A DNA stretch of 64,000 nucleotides from Tubiluchus corallicola (lineage: Eukaryota > Animalia > Priapulida), in contig JAQGDQ010000496.1 of assembly GCA_030141605.1 (NCBI GenBank), positions 1 to 64,000 of the forward strand, in the 5' to 3' direction. Made by a program: the position numbers and the translations under genes. The notes under the pieces were generated by a model. The model had not been told where the DNA came from. It ran no database searches and saw nothing but the letters and a program-made list of their open reading frames with translations. This document shows, piece by piece, positions 15,601 to 29,400 of the stretch. Each line of letters starts with the position of its first letter. Within the stretch, counting starts at the first letter, position 1.

Positions 15601-18600
15601 TATTCTACTCTACATTATTCTAACCTACTCTACTCTACGCTGGCCTCTGGTATAAATATTTCCTGTACGACTATAAACTTCATTTTTAGATTATACCTAC
15701 CAGCGTATTTATTATGTTCTTCTCGAAACTGATTAGAAAACAGCACAAAGAAGAAACAGAGATATAGTAATTAGTAGTGCTGCTGATGATTTTTTTATTA
15801 TTCAACCAGGAGTGACATCAGCCAGATTCACTACTGTAACTTCCTGGACAAAGCCAATAAGTCTAAGTGCGAGCGATTAAGCATTGTTTTCTTTACTAAT
15901 ATACAGCAAATATTGAGATAAGCTTGCACTGGTTGTAGAACTAAAATGTTTGACAAAACGGAAACAGTAGATTAGCTATAATTTTGTTTGGTTAACCTGC
16001 TAGCTAAAACCATAGGTCAGCTTTGCTGGACTATCATACGTCATGTTACTGTTGATTGAGGGTGGTTTGACTTGGCTGAACCCGTACTGCCAACAATGAA
16101 AGTAACTCTATCATAAACTGCACTAATTTTAATTTTAGTGTTTATGCCAATTTGAGTGCAGTTTTTTGGTTTGCTCGCTTGTGAAACAACTCTATAAATA
16201 AGTTCGTTTCACCACGTTATTCTCGTTCTTGTCATTTTTCTAATAAGGTTTTATCATTTTTTAATATTGTGACGTCAGAAAAATTATTCTGTAGTGCACA
16301 TTTTTATGAAAAAACGGATTTAGTGACGACTGTAAATGATGTTCTAAATGACATCCAGGTAGTTGAGTCAATAATCTTAGTAAGCGAAGAGCACAATGCT
16401 TCGCATTCCGTTTTAGTTCAACAATAAAACACAAAGGCGGCTTATAAAAATCAAACAACGCAGGAATAAACAAATCAAACGCGTAACAAATACGGAAATA
16501 ACTTATAGTTAACGAAAAACGAAAACTAATAATGACTTAATTACGTTTTCATGTTAACTAGTTAATATTTAAATAGTTTAATTATTTGTACTTTATTAGA
16601 CTTTTAGGTTCTTATTTATGTTCTCCAGGCGAGCAAGCGCAATGTTGATAAGAAAGTTACAAACCTTAATGTTTCTTATGAAATGATCACAACATTGTAA
16701 ATGCACAGGCTTCATTAAGAGAACCGAACATAATAAAAAAGTTAAGCTTTCTTTGAATTTATGGCCAATTTGTAATGCAAAGTATGCAAGCAATTTATAT
16801 GAAGACTACTACGCCCGGAACAGCTGTTGTTGGTAAAGTGTGACTAAGAGGTAAATATATTAAGACAGATAATTAGAACTTTATTAGAAAACTCTTGAAA
16901 ACAATTGTGAACGTTTTACTTTCTAGGAAAATGTTAGGTCTGGTTTTGAAAATGTTACAATATTTGCTACAAAATGTCTGTTCTACTAAGATTAATTACC
17001 GGACGGTATTGCTCAAACCACAACCTGGCATCACGCCCATCGATACCGTTTCCGATCAGTGTGAACTTTGTGGAGGTCTACTAAGTATGTCAACAAAATC
17101 AGTGACAGTGCTACGGCTGTAGCCCCTTAATAACTTTTTGTTGCTCAGATGAGACCGCTTGTTTCCTAACCTTTACTGTTTTTAAAATCCTTTGTTACGG
17201 AATCGAACTCACAACCTGATGCACTGAAAATGATGATCTATTCTTATGAGCTATTTCTGCTTCAGTATTGTCTTCTGAAATAAGCTACACATTTCAATTG
17301 CTTTTATTACTTTCAGGAAATCTATGGCTACAAATTACACAAGGTGAAAGCTGGACTAACATGGGCGTGCATAATACTCACTGTGGGGTTACTCAGGCTC
17401 ATCTTCCACTGGAAACCAGAATGGATGCTGATTTGTACTCACGTTCGCTGCGATCAGAAGTCAGCAGAAAAAGTTTTACTTAAGGTATTTTATTGCAAAT
17501 GGAAGTCGATCATTGTAGGTTTAGCTGTGAGATGCTGTGATCCAGCAGAAGCTACTGGTGACTTAATTTTGGCTTTGAGTCCAAGGGCCACACTACTGGC
17601 ACAGTACACTACCAAAAACACGGCCATTTCTACTGCCATTACGATGTCGCTACCACCATCACCACCTCCATCACTGCTGATGGCAACATGATTGCCGTCA
17701 TCACGCCTGCTGCTGTGTTATTCCCTCTTCGCTACCATAAATGCTTTTGCCACATTACTTGTCATCCTTATAATCTTCTGTATGAAAACAGGGTTCCTTC
17801 TGCCTAGGTAAGGAACTATACTTACAGCTATGCTTAGAAAATGAAAATGCGAATGCTAATCAAGACACAACGGAATTCCTATAGTTAACTTCCTCTGCTA
17901 ACGTCCTTTTTGAAGCAAACAAAAAACATTTTTTCTATAACGAACTTCCCTAATAAGACGTCTGAGCAAATATAAAACTGAGCAACAGTTTTGCATCTGA
18001 GAATGATAATAATAATCGCGAATCTTGTAAATCACTAACGTCGTCTTAGTGTTAGTAAAGCAAGATACATAAGTTTACAGGCTAGCCTCTCAACCTCCGT
18101 AATAAGCAGTTGTTCGCTGAAAAAAGTGGAAAAGAGCAGGAAAATAATGACGTTGACACTTTACGATTGTGGTTTTCTTGCTGATAACTCAAGCAGCGGA
18201 GTGAATGAACGTTATAATAGCGTTGCTTTTCTGAGCACGTTCTGCCACAGTTGCGTTTATGCTTTTTTTATGTGATCGTGCCATTATGTTCATTACGCCG
18301 TCCTTATCTTAAAAGCTCTTTTGAGAATTATGACAACACGATGGCAGTATTAGATAAAACTGCTCTTTTTCATGAAGGCTGTTGTCTGAAGTAATGTCTA
18401 TACGTTTATGGGTTTACAGGATCAGTATAAGCAATGGTTTGTAGAAGTCGTAAAGGTTCATCAAGGGAGCGAGATCAGGTGAGTTTTCATAGAGCGAAAA
18501 TTAACTCGTTCCATATCCATCCGCAAATTTAGCCGTGTCTTTGACTAACTTTGTAATGGATTGCCCGTTAGTATTTTAAATTTTGATCACACGTCATAAT

Positions 18601-21600
18601 TACGTCATTAAGGTTAGTGCAGTCAGTGCAATTGGATCGATCCCTAATGGCAGGGGTTTTTTTGGAAACAATCCAATTATTTTACTGAAAATTTTACAAC
18701 TCTTTACGTCTTTTAGGTGTCATAATGACATTATGATGGAATCCCATTAAAAATGTTAAGAATGTCAGTTTAAATACTGTGCTAAATACAGGTTTGCCCT
18801 TTTAAAGACATTTAGAAAACATGGAGTAACATTATACAGCACTCAACATAAAATTTTACTCTAACGATTTCACAAGAAATGTACACGCACTTAAAATGTG
18901 TTCGAATAATGTTTACAAGGTGGTTAACATTAGCTTACTAACTCAACTCACAGCCGAGTCACAATGTATTAAGTTTATGGACCTATTAGCAGCGACAATG
19001 GCAACGGCAACAGTAACAGCAGGAATGCTCAGCAGCATCAATAGCAGGAGAAGCGATACACGATACCTTCAAAAATTCTTCGCTGTCTTGTAAAAATTTA
19101 GATGTTTTAACCACTATTGTTTTATTAGCTTGTTGCAAGTTGGAAACAGTGAAACAACGCCAAATGAAAACAATGGATTGAAATTAAACAATGAAGCAGT
19201 GGATAACAAGGTAAGCAGAATAGTTGTATCTAAAAAAATGTTTTAGTTAGTTCTTCAGTATACTCGTGTGGCTTATTTTATTGCAGCTGTACTTCTATAA
19301 ACATCTGCAAATGTTTGCGTATACAAGCCAGCCTAGTACAAGCCAAGGCAGCACTCTTAAAAGTTATCGAAAGCAGAGAAACACGTCATTCAGAAACAAA
19401 ATGACGTCACAAAACGTCATGCAGTGCTGGGACACTCACAAACTCTTAGCAGATGCAAAGCGGCAGCTCGTTCAAATTTGAAATCCATGCCTAATGAATA
19501 TTTTAATGTTAATGAATTAGAGCTCCGGGATTGTGTCACTTACGTGCTGTTTTGTTGCACACTGAGCTTGTTTTAGCAGTGACGCTGTATAAAACTTGTC
19601 ATTTTAAAACTTAAAATAATGTAACAAAATCCAAAGCGGCAGTTTTAAATGAAACGCGCATCTTTTTAATTAAAATGTACAGTAAATCTATAAAGTGGCA
19701 GGTACAGCATTTTTTATTAATTGCTAATTAATTGTTTTGCGCTTTTGTTTTTACAGCAGTCCACATATAAAACAGCGATAAAGTATTTCATCAACAAGAA
19801 AATCAAGTATCTCTTACATAAAGATCAACAAACATTTGAACGAATGAGGTAAGTGCTTCATTGAATTTTTAGATTCACGAAAAAAGCCAGTTATCACTAT
19901 AAGTCAGATTAAAGGAGGAGAAACCCCTTTACCTAAATAAAGCTTAAAAATCGTCTTGGCATTTTGTATTACTTATTTGCTGTCTCGTTACACACAGAAC
20001 TTGCATTAACTGTAACATTGTATAAGGCTTGTTAATTTAAATTCGCTTGATGATGGTTAATGGCAGCCATCTTAACGGTAAGTCGTTTGCAATAAGTTTA
20101 GGCAACATTACGTGAAGTTTGAAAAGATAATCAGAGCATTCGCAACGCACTTTCCGCAAACTAAGCAAAGGTTGCTTCATGTATTATATTGTCAGTAAGA
20201 ACAATAATGTGTCTTTTGGTTAGCCAGTGGAGCACATTGGGAAGGTGAGTCGGTGACGTCTTACCAGCTGGCGTGAACATTTTAATTTACTAAGAATTTT
20301 CTTTTCTAGATACAATTGTTTTTCAAACAGATAAGCGTATTGCAAAGTAATATAACTTCGTACAGAAGGTTTTTTGGGATATACTTTCAAATTACCGTTT
20401 CGTCCCCTTTAAGTACTCCGAGAATCAGTAAGACGCGAAGCTAGAAGTAGGATCTAGTTAACTAATATCAATGCCGTGTTGGTACATTTGCAGCAGCATT
20501 AGTGTTTAAAACAGGCGAAAGTTCCTTTTGTTGGAACCATAGTTCATCAATTTGGTTCAAGTTTGATAACAAAATAACATTGTAGGTAACGCAGTATAAA
20601 TGAGCAGCCTTGATCAATCCTTTTCTTCCGCTTAACACCTACTTGCACTTGCTTCTTCTTCGGTACCACGTCGACACCTAATTGATTTTTTAGGTTTTTA
20701 TTGAGTATTTAAATAACATTAAACAATTAAACAAATAACAACTAGTTTTGACATATGCGTAGTTGTGTCACGCTACCACAGTTACTGTTTGTAGTATGCC
20801 AATGAGCAGTTTGGTTGTGTAGATGTCTGCTCTGGTTTTTTTTTCTAAATTCGCGTTACCTTGGTTTTTCTGACGGTGCGCATTCTGCACAAACTCATAA
20901 TAATTTTTGTTCCTGTTTGTGGGCTAGGCTTACCTTAATGAAAATGACACGTCTATTGTACCCAATTATTGATTTCGAATTTATTCTTGTAGATATTGAA
21001 TTTATTCTTGTACATTCAAGGTCTGCAATTAACACAATACAACAAAATATCGAATTTCAACATTTATCATTGTTGCTGATGCACTGATTTTTAGTTTTTG
21101 ATGTGTTATTATTGTTATAGCAAGGTTCCAATAACAAAGCGTGCTACACTGGCATTTAACTACGAGCTCTTTTAAGGGGTAGCTAAATTAAAAAAAATAG
21201 TTAGCTAGAACTGACGTCGGTGGAACGTAAGTTACTCATATTACCAAAAATGAGCCTGCCTTTTGAAATGGGAATTGAGTGTGTGTTACGCAGCCATATT
21301 AAAAACTAATATAGTAGTTTAGACTTGAAACTAAGAACTCCAAGCTAAAGCAAGCACATTGCATACGAAAAGATAAATGTGACTGCTATGCACTGGAATG
21401 GCTATTACTGTGCAGTTCAAGAGAGATGTTTTGCATTTTTTGGATACTCAGTAAGTGTAGCTTCACCACGTAAATATGTATCGTATTCACCACACGTATT
21501 TGATCGAAAGAAATAACACGAACTTTTCCGTTCCAAGAATCGATTGCCAGCAGTCAAAAAGAAATGGCCAATAGACTGTTCCTTCACTCATTCTTCAAAC

Positions 21601-23285
21601 GTTTTTCTCAAACTAAATTTGATGATAAAACGCGAGGCTCGACACTAGTTTGAATATCATCACTGAGTATGACTTCAGAAATGATTTTTCTTAAATGTTT
21701 TAACGTAAAAGATCATTCTGGCGACCACGAAAAAAAACGATCAGCTCTGTTTCTTGAGACCATGTTATCTCACGCGTCTGTATTAATGAGTGGCCGGATA
21801 ATTAGTTTAATTTAGCAGATGCTTGGCTGTTTCTGAATGAACACGGTTCAGTGCAAACCAGCAGGCATGGCTCAATCCGACGCTTAACTTGTAATCAATA
21901 AACCCATTGAATTCTAAGTAAATAAATTCGCATGCTTGTTCAACTTGTTACAATTCATCGCTAGATTACCACAATGAAAACTGCTAACGTTATCACGTGA
22001 CTTCACTTTACCTGTCTGGCGGATCTGGTTACAGGTGTACTTTGCGTTACTGCTAGAAATCAGGACATACAACTAAGATGATAAAAATGTATAAAATATT
22101 TCTTTAACTTTTCTTGTGCAAGTTTTACTTTTTTCTGCACGAACAGTGAACATTCGAAATGATTGTCACTTTTTATTCATTTTTTTCCCACTGAGAGAAA
22201 AATGGCGTCGCCAGTGAAGGCAGCTGAATTACTAGATGGTGGCGGACATGTCACCATATTATAGTATTTCCAATGCAGATAATGCTGACGTGTATTTGAT
22301 CTAACCATTATTTGGTACAGATCTGCTACTTTGTCAATAAAATGGTTTCAATATTGACCAACCGGCTGAATAAACTAGCGTGGTTTACCTTTTATGTCTG
22401 TTTACCTGTCAAATGTATAGTAATGCCAGAAATACTCTTTGTACCTGTGTTTATCATATACGCACCGCGCATTCAAATGTTTAGAGAGACGCGTTTTAAT
22501 TATCAATCAGACAGCTAAAATTTTATATTAATTTTTAGTATCATAACCGTGATAAAAATTTATTGTATTTCACTGTTAGTCAGGTAAATTTGTACACTCC
22601 AGTGTATATCAAATTTTCCTGATTTTGGGCAGCTCAGAGGGTTGACACAATGTCGCTTGGCTCCTGAAGTCTCTACTGTTGTCGGTGCATTCATTTTAGT
22701 TATTTTGTTTTCTGTCGTTTTGCACCCCCTTAGACTATCTAGCACAATGTCTCACTTGTACTTTTGTCTGCAAAAAATCGAAGTCAAGCAATGCTGAGTC
22801 TGATCAGTAAACCAGATGGAAACTGCTTCTCCGGTTACGTTCTTTGCTGAGCCATGATGTATACGTATACTATTTTGTTTTTTAACAAAAAAAAAACTGG
22901 TAGCCTGTTATCATTCTATGCATAAAATATGAACTGCACGAAACTAAAGTTCATTTGCATTATTATGGACGTGCTTACTTAGGAACGTACCAAAAACTAT
23001 TTGCACAGTTATTAATAATTCCTACATCTGCTATGTAACCAGTTGACGACAATTCTAGTACATGACATTGAACTTATCTTCCAAGGGCACGTTCATGTGT
23101 AACAAGATACTAAACATGCAGAGGTGTCGTTTTATTTTTCCTATTTTAAAAATACTTATGCAGCAATCTTTAGGCTAACATAAAGCAAATTGTTTACAAT
23201 AAGAAGTACGTATATAACAAAATCAAAAGAAATACGTTGATGAAATAACTAACTCACACACACACACACACACACACGCACGCAC

Positions 23286-23324
<39 letters not shown>

Positions 23325-26300
23325 TGACACTCTTTAGTTTAAACCAGGCCTGAAACTCGGCGCTTTTAACCTACTCAGCTTGACGATTTTTATAGCACGT
23401 ATTGCATGTAATATTATTTCTGACTCTCTTTGCTTTTTGTGCCAATGCCAGATTATCAATGATTTTTAGAATGTGTTGTGTCATTAATGTGTGAGAGTTA
23501 GTTCATTTATCAACGTATTTCTTATGATTTTTATATACGTACAATTTTTGTCTTGATTATATTATATTAATTTTAGGACGTACTTCTTTTTGTAAACAAT
23601 TTGCCCTATATTAGCCTAAAGATTGCTGCATAAGTATTTTTAAAATAGGAAAAATAAAACGACACCTCTGCAGGTTTTGTATTTTGTTACACATGAACGT
23701 GCCCTTAGAGGATAAGTTCAATGTCATGTACTAGAATTGTCGTCAACTGGTTACATAGCAGATATAGGAATACTTAATGACTGCGCAAATAGTTTTTGGA
23801 TACGTTCCTAAGTAAGCAAATCCACAATAATGTAAATAAACTTTAGTTTCGTGTAGTTCATATTTTATTCATAGAATGATAACAGGCTACTATCATGCGC
23901 CACTGTGACTATGGTAAGAGAAGCAGTGTTAACCAGAGAGAAACATTTCTTGCGGGTTCCGCCAGTAACTAAATGACGTGCATAGAAGGTGCTGAATGTG
24001 GCAAATTTCAAAGAACAGTTATAATATTCAATAGCAAACCTAACAGAAATTGACAACCAGTGTGATTCAATACTAGGTGTTAACATGTTCTGGGCGAATT
24101 ATAGGTAACTTAAGACAGAAGAAAGAGAGAAACTTTCTTCTATATTTTTTTCAGCAAGGCCATCAAAGGTCTCCATTTTACCATCGAAAACACTTACTTT
24201 AAAGGGAAAGAAAAAGTATGACAAAAAACTTAATACTCATTACCCTGTGTTAGGCTTCCTGCTTGAAAGACTTGAAAAAGAATTCTTAATAAATTAAAAT
24301 ATTCGCGCCACCTGATAAAACGGCACTGCATCAGCATCCCAGTGTGCACCACTGATTTACCAAAAAAACACATTATTGATGTTATTAACAATATAAAGCT
24401 AATTTACACCTTTTCTTAGTTAGCGAAGAGTGTGCTACGAATGCTCCGACCATTTTTCAAACTTTACGCAATGCTATCTAAGGTTATTCCAAACGACTTA
24501 CCTGCAAAAATGGTTATGACTAACGGTCATCGCGGTAGTTTAAATTTACAAGTTTTATACAGGATTACTGCCAACGCAAGCTCTGTTCGAAATAAGACAG
24601 CACGTAAGTGATATAAAATTTCAAGACAATTTTTTAAGCTTTATTTATAAAGAGCATTTTCTTGCGCTTTAGGTACAAACTTCAGAAATTGCAATATTTC
24701 CATTTCACCCGCACTAAATATTTAGATTTCTACAAAATCGTGTTGACTCGCAGCTTTTATACAAAACAATGTTACCGAAACAGGCCAAATGCTTTCTAAA
24801 ACACTTGTTTGTCTGTTAATAAATGAGTAGTAGTAAAGCAAAGCAGCACAATGTGCTTCTTTGTGGGATAAATGAACATAGACATCATCGTTGACTGTAA
24901 TATTACGCATAATTAATGTCATGAAATAATTAAAATTTTTACAAATAATTAAGATTGTAAATTAACTATATTTATTTAATAAACTTTCCTATAGACTGGA
25001 CGGAAAAAGAGTAATTTTGCAAGAGAAATTTAGCTCTAACGCGTAATTTAACCTAAAAGTTTTAAACATGCTGATTTTTTTCTCATTGTTTACGCCTATA
25101 TGTGCGACAAAATAAAATACTTTTAACAATCGATGGAGATGTCTATAAGATTTGTTAAGCTATCGGAAAGATTAGAAACTTGAAAGTTATTTTCGTATTG
25201 TAGAAATTATGTTTATTTTTCATTTTAAATGAAGCATAGTAGTGTGCTTGGAGCCTTAGATCGGTACCCAACAATGACATTTCATTGCAATTATAATTTC
25301 AGCAAAGTTTAATAGAGAATTTGCGTGTTGTTGAATAATATTTGAATTTAATTATAGCTTTCAAGAACGAAACCTTAATTAATATGTAATTTAAGAATTC
25401 TTGATCACCTGCTAGAAATAAATTAATTGGAGGCTTAATATGGAGGCTTTACTAGAACCGATTCAACACGTAACATAAGCAATCAGCATATGTAGAAAAA
25501 TCATTCATATAAGTGTGCAGAGGAAAGTCTAAAAAATCGGGGTGTCCACTGGGTCTCGAAAGAAAAACTTTCTGCTTTTCAAGTAGCTAACGGCTATACC
25601 ATTCAACAACAGAAACTTTTACCCAAAACAAAATAGATGATACATTGTAACTGTTAAATACTAACATGAGCAGTTATTTTCTTACTGTATGTGTTTCATG
25701 TATGCCAGTAAATTTATTAAGCTGTTTTTACGTGAAGCTCTATCGAACAAAATTCACAAACTGTTAAAATACAATTTGGTATAATAGAGGCCAGTAAAAC
25801 AAACTTTGATTCATTAGTATAGTATGCGGAATGTTCACGCGTTATTGACCAATAGTTGCACACGTGCACGCATTCCAAGATAAGTCATAATACTCTATTT
25901 TTCACTTATTAAACTTTTCGCCACGCTAGAGCAACGGCGGGAACTAAATTAAAAGTTGTGTTTATTAAGTGGTCATTCTTGAAAACATTCCACGTTTGTA
26001 GAAAAGCTCCGCCCACAGGGCTTAAAGTTAAAGCTTCTTTCTAAAAGAACATTAAGATCGTGTTAATTAATCCTGTTGCTATACGTTTTTTATTTGATTA
26101 ATTTATTTTAGGGGAATTGACACAAATATTTCTTGCTCGTTTTTCTACGACTGTGACGGAATAAGTCAACAGGAACAGGAAAAACGGTAAGTTAGATTTA
26201 CTGAAGTCTGCCCAGTTAGCCGAGTTTTGTGATTTGTGTTGCTTTGCAAAATAGTAGAAAGAGATACATTGCTCAAACGATTCAGTTTATAGTACGAGTT

Positions 26301-26403
26301 TACTTGTAAAATCTATATTCTATAACAAAGATCTCCGAAATGAAGGTCTGTGCTATGAAAGAAGTCACTATGCCAACAAGCTAAACGAGTAGAGAGGGAA
26401 AAA

Positions 26404-26481
<78 letters not shown>

Positions 26482-29400
26482 GAAGAAAAGAGAAGAGAAG
26501 AGAAGAGAAGAGAAGAGAAGAGAAGAGAAGAGAAGAGAAGAGAAGAGAAGAGAAGAGAAGAGAAGAGAAGAGAAGAGAAGAGAAGAGAAGAGAAGAGAAG
26601 AGAAGAGAAGAGAAGAGAAGAGAAGAGAAGAGAAGAGAAGAGAAGAGAAGAGAAGAGAAGAGAAGAGAAGAGAAGAGAAGAGAAGAGAAGAGAAGAGAAG
26701 AGAAGAGAAGAGACGAGAAGAGAAGAGAAGAGAAGAGAAGAGAAGAGAAGAGAAGAGAAGAGAAGAGAAGAGAAGAGAAGAGAAGAGAAGAGAAGAGAAG
26801 AGAAGAGAAGAGAAGAGAAGAGAAGAGAAGAGAAGAGAAGAGAAGAGAAGAGAAGAGAAGAGAAGAGAAGGAAAGAGAAGAGAAGAGAAGAGAAGAGAAG
26901 AGAAGAGAAGAGAAGAGAAGAGAAGAGAAGAGAAGAGAAGAGAGAGAGAAGAGAAGAGAAGAGAAGAGAAGAGAAGAGAAGAGAAGAGAAGAGAAGAGAA
27001 GAGAAGAGAAGAGAAGAGAAGAGAAGAGAAGAGAGAAATATGAAGGTATGCAGGGGGAGAGAAAAAGAAAAAGAGAGGGAAAAAGTGATGGGGAGAGGAG
27101 AGGAGAGGAGAGGAGAGAAAGGGTGATGTAGGATGGGAGACAGAGAAGAGAAACAGAGAGGAGGAATTAGAGAAGAGAAAGTGGGAGGGATGGAGAGGCA
27201 GAGAGGAAGAAAAAGAGAGGGGAGAGAAAAGTTCCACCTTGACCGAAATGAATCTGCGAGTGTAGTTAGCAACAACACGAAAATCATGACAAGGGTCATT
27301 ATGAGAAAAACAGGAACTGCATGACTATCATTGATTCTTGGTTTCTCCAGGCGTGCAATATATGGTGATAATGAGATATTTGTGGAAGTGCAATCAATCA
27401 GCAAACTTCTCTTCTTAGAGGTATGTATAATTAATCATGTTACATTAGTTAAGCAGTAACAGCAGAGTGATGTCACGTTTTCATAGCTCGTCTGGACCGC
27501 ATTCACATGGTTTGTCCAAATAATCTATAGATCCCTCTACATTTATGGGCCACGGACTTTTGTTTACATTGTTCGGCAAGAGCACATTCTCTTGCCTTTA
27601 CATGGTTTGCTCAAACCACCATGTTTCCTTGAATAGTTCATGGACATCATGGACTAGGACAACAATTTTTTCTACTTTTTTGTCATCAAGCAGAGATTAT
27701 GTGCTATGATCATAATATTTTTGTCTTTTATTTTTTGATATCTAGTAAAAATTGTGTGTCATTGTCATTTAATTTTTCTGCCAATTTTTGTCGTCCAACA
27801 AAACTATGTCATTGTCATCCATTTTTGCTGCTCCTCTTTGTTATCAAATAAGAATTGTTTGACATAGTGATCCAATTTTGATTTGCTAATTTTTCTAGCC
27901 AAACAGAAATTCTGTATCATAGTCATTCAATTTAATTTACTTGTTGATTTTGTGATCCAACAAAACTTTTGTTTCGTTGTCATCCAGTTTTTATCTGCTG
28001 ATTTTTTTTTTCAAAACAAAAATTATATATCATGGTATGGTCATATGATTTTTGTCTACTGACGTTTATCATCCAAAAAACTTTCATTCTATTTTTATCT
28101 GCTGATATTTGTCATCAAACATAAATTGTCAATTTCTTCCAGTTTTTGACTGCTGATGTTTATTATCTTTTTTACTAATAAAAAATGCGTGTCATTCTGA
28201 TTCAATTTGTATTTGTTGGTCTTTGCGTTAAGCAAAAATTGTGTGTCATCGTCAACAATACTGTACCTTCTCATTACAAAAAAGAGAACTTGAGAACTAC
28301 ATGTCAGTCAGCGCAGTAATGTAGCCTACTATCTCGGGCCTGGGACGGAATGTACGAGAAATGCAAATTTCATCAAAAGAGGTGCAAGGCTCAACTGAAA
28401 TTAAACACGGATGCGCACAAGTAGACATTGACTTTTATGGGTATAGATAAAACGATAAGAATATGTTTTTTAAAATGATTTACCGCAGTGAACTAATGGG
28501 TTTTAAACTGTCACGCTTGCCTCTTATCATGTCTATCAATAAATAATTTAAATTGTGCAACGTAAGTGACTTTTATTAGCCATTCGGCTTCTCGGTTCTC
28601 AAGACGCTCTTTCACCTGTAAAGAGGCAGAGATTTTCTTGAGTCTTTCATAAGTAGATTTTGTAAGCAATAACCGGCTGATTAGATCTACCTCCGTTATT
28701 TACAGAGCTGAATTCAGTACGGCATTAAATGGCATGAGTGTTAAACCAAAGAAGCCCCGAAAGTGGCAATGTACGATCCAATCACATTTGTTTTTCGAAC
28801 ACTCTTCAAGGGTTTGGCGAGTGACGTAATCTTAATTATTACTCGCAATAGTACAAAGTCACTACACTCTTGTTATTGATTACTTTGCTATTGATCAGTT
28901 TTCTAGATTTTTTTAGTTTCATGCATGAGTAACAAACAAGTTTCATGAACGGTTCGCCGCTGTTTAAACGCTTAGATGTCCTTATGGCTAATTCAAGAAA
29001 GCTTCACGATAAGCTCTTTAATCTGGTGTGTTACGAAAGCTAAGAAACCAGGAAAAATGTAACTGCGCGAAACGGCGAGGAAATTGATTCGCTGTTTTGC
29101 TAACATTAAATTTTTACAATATCAGGATGGTGTAATGTGTGGTTTAGCTATAAGTCTTGCAGTTTGCAACAAGTTTTTTGCAGCAAAGCAAACTTTAATC
29201 GGAGTCCATTAAGCTCATGTTAGCGAATATATACTACCACATGTACATACATATATATATATATATATATTGAGTACGAAACGTGCAATATTCGTACACA
29301 GATATTAGTTAAATCATGAACGCCAATAATAACAAAAAACATATCTAATTTGATTAGTTCAAAGAGTCCTTAATTTTATAGCAATGAATCTTTGAAATTT

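Noticed and set aside
14892-15655. 243- and 248-aa ORFs (STLLY repeats)
   Set aside because: Stop-free pentamer microsatellite inside an intron.
26313-27404. 363- and 289-aa minus-strand ORFs (SSLLF repeats)
   Set aside because: Artefact of (GAAGA)n.
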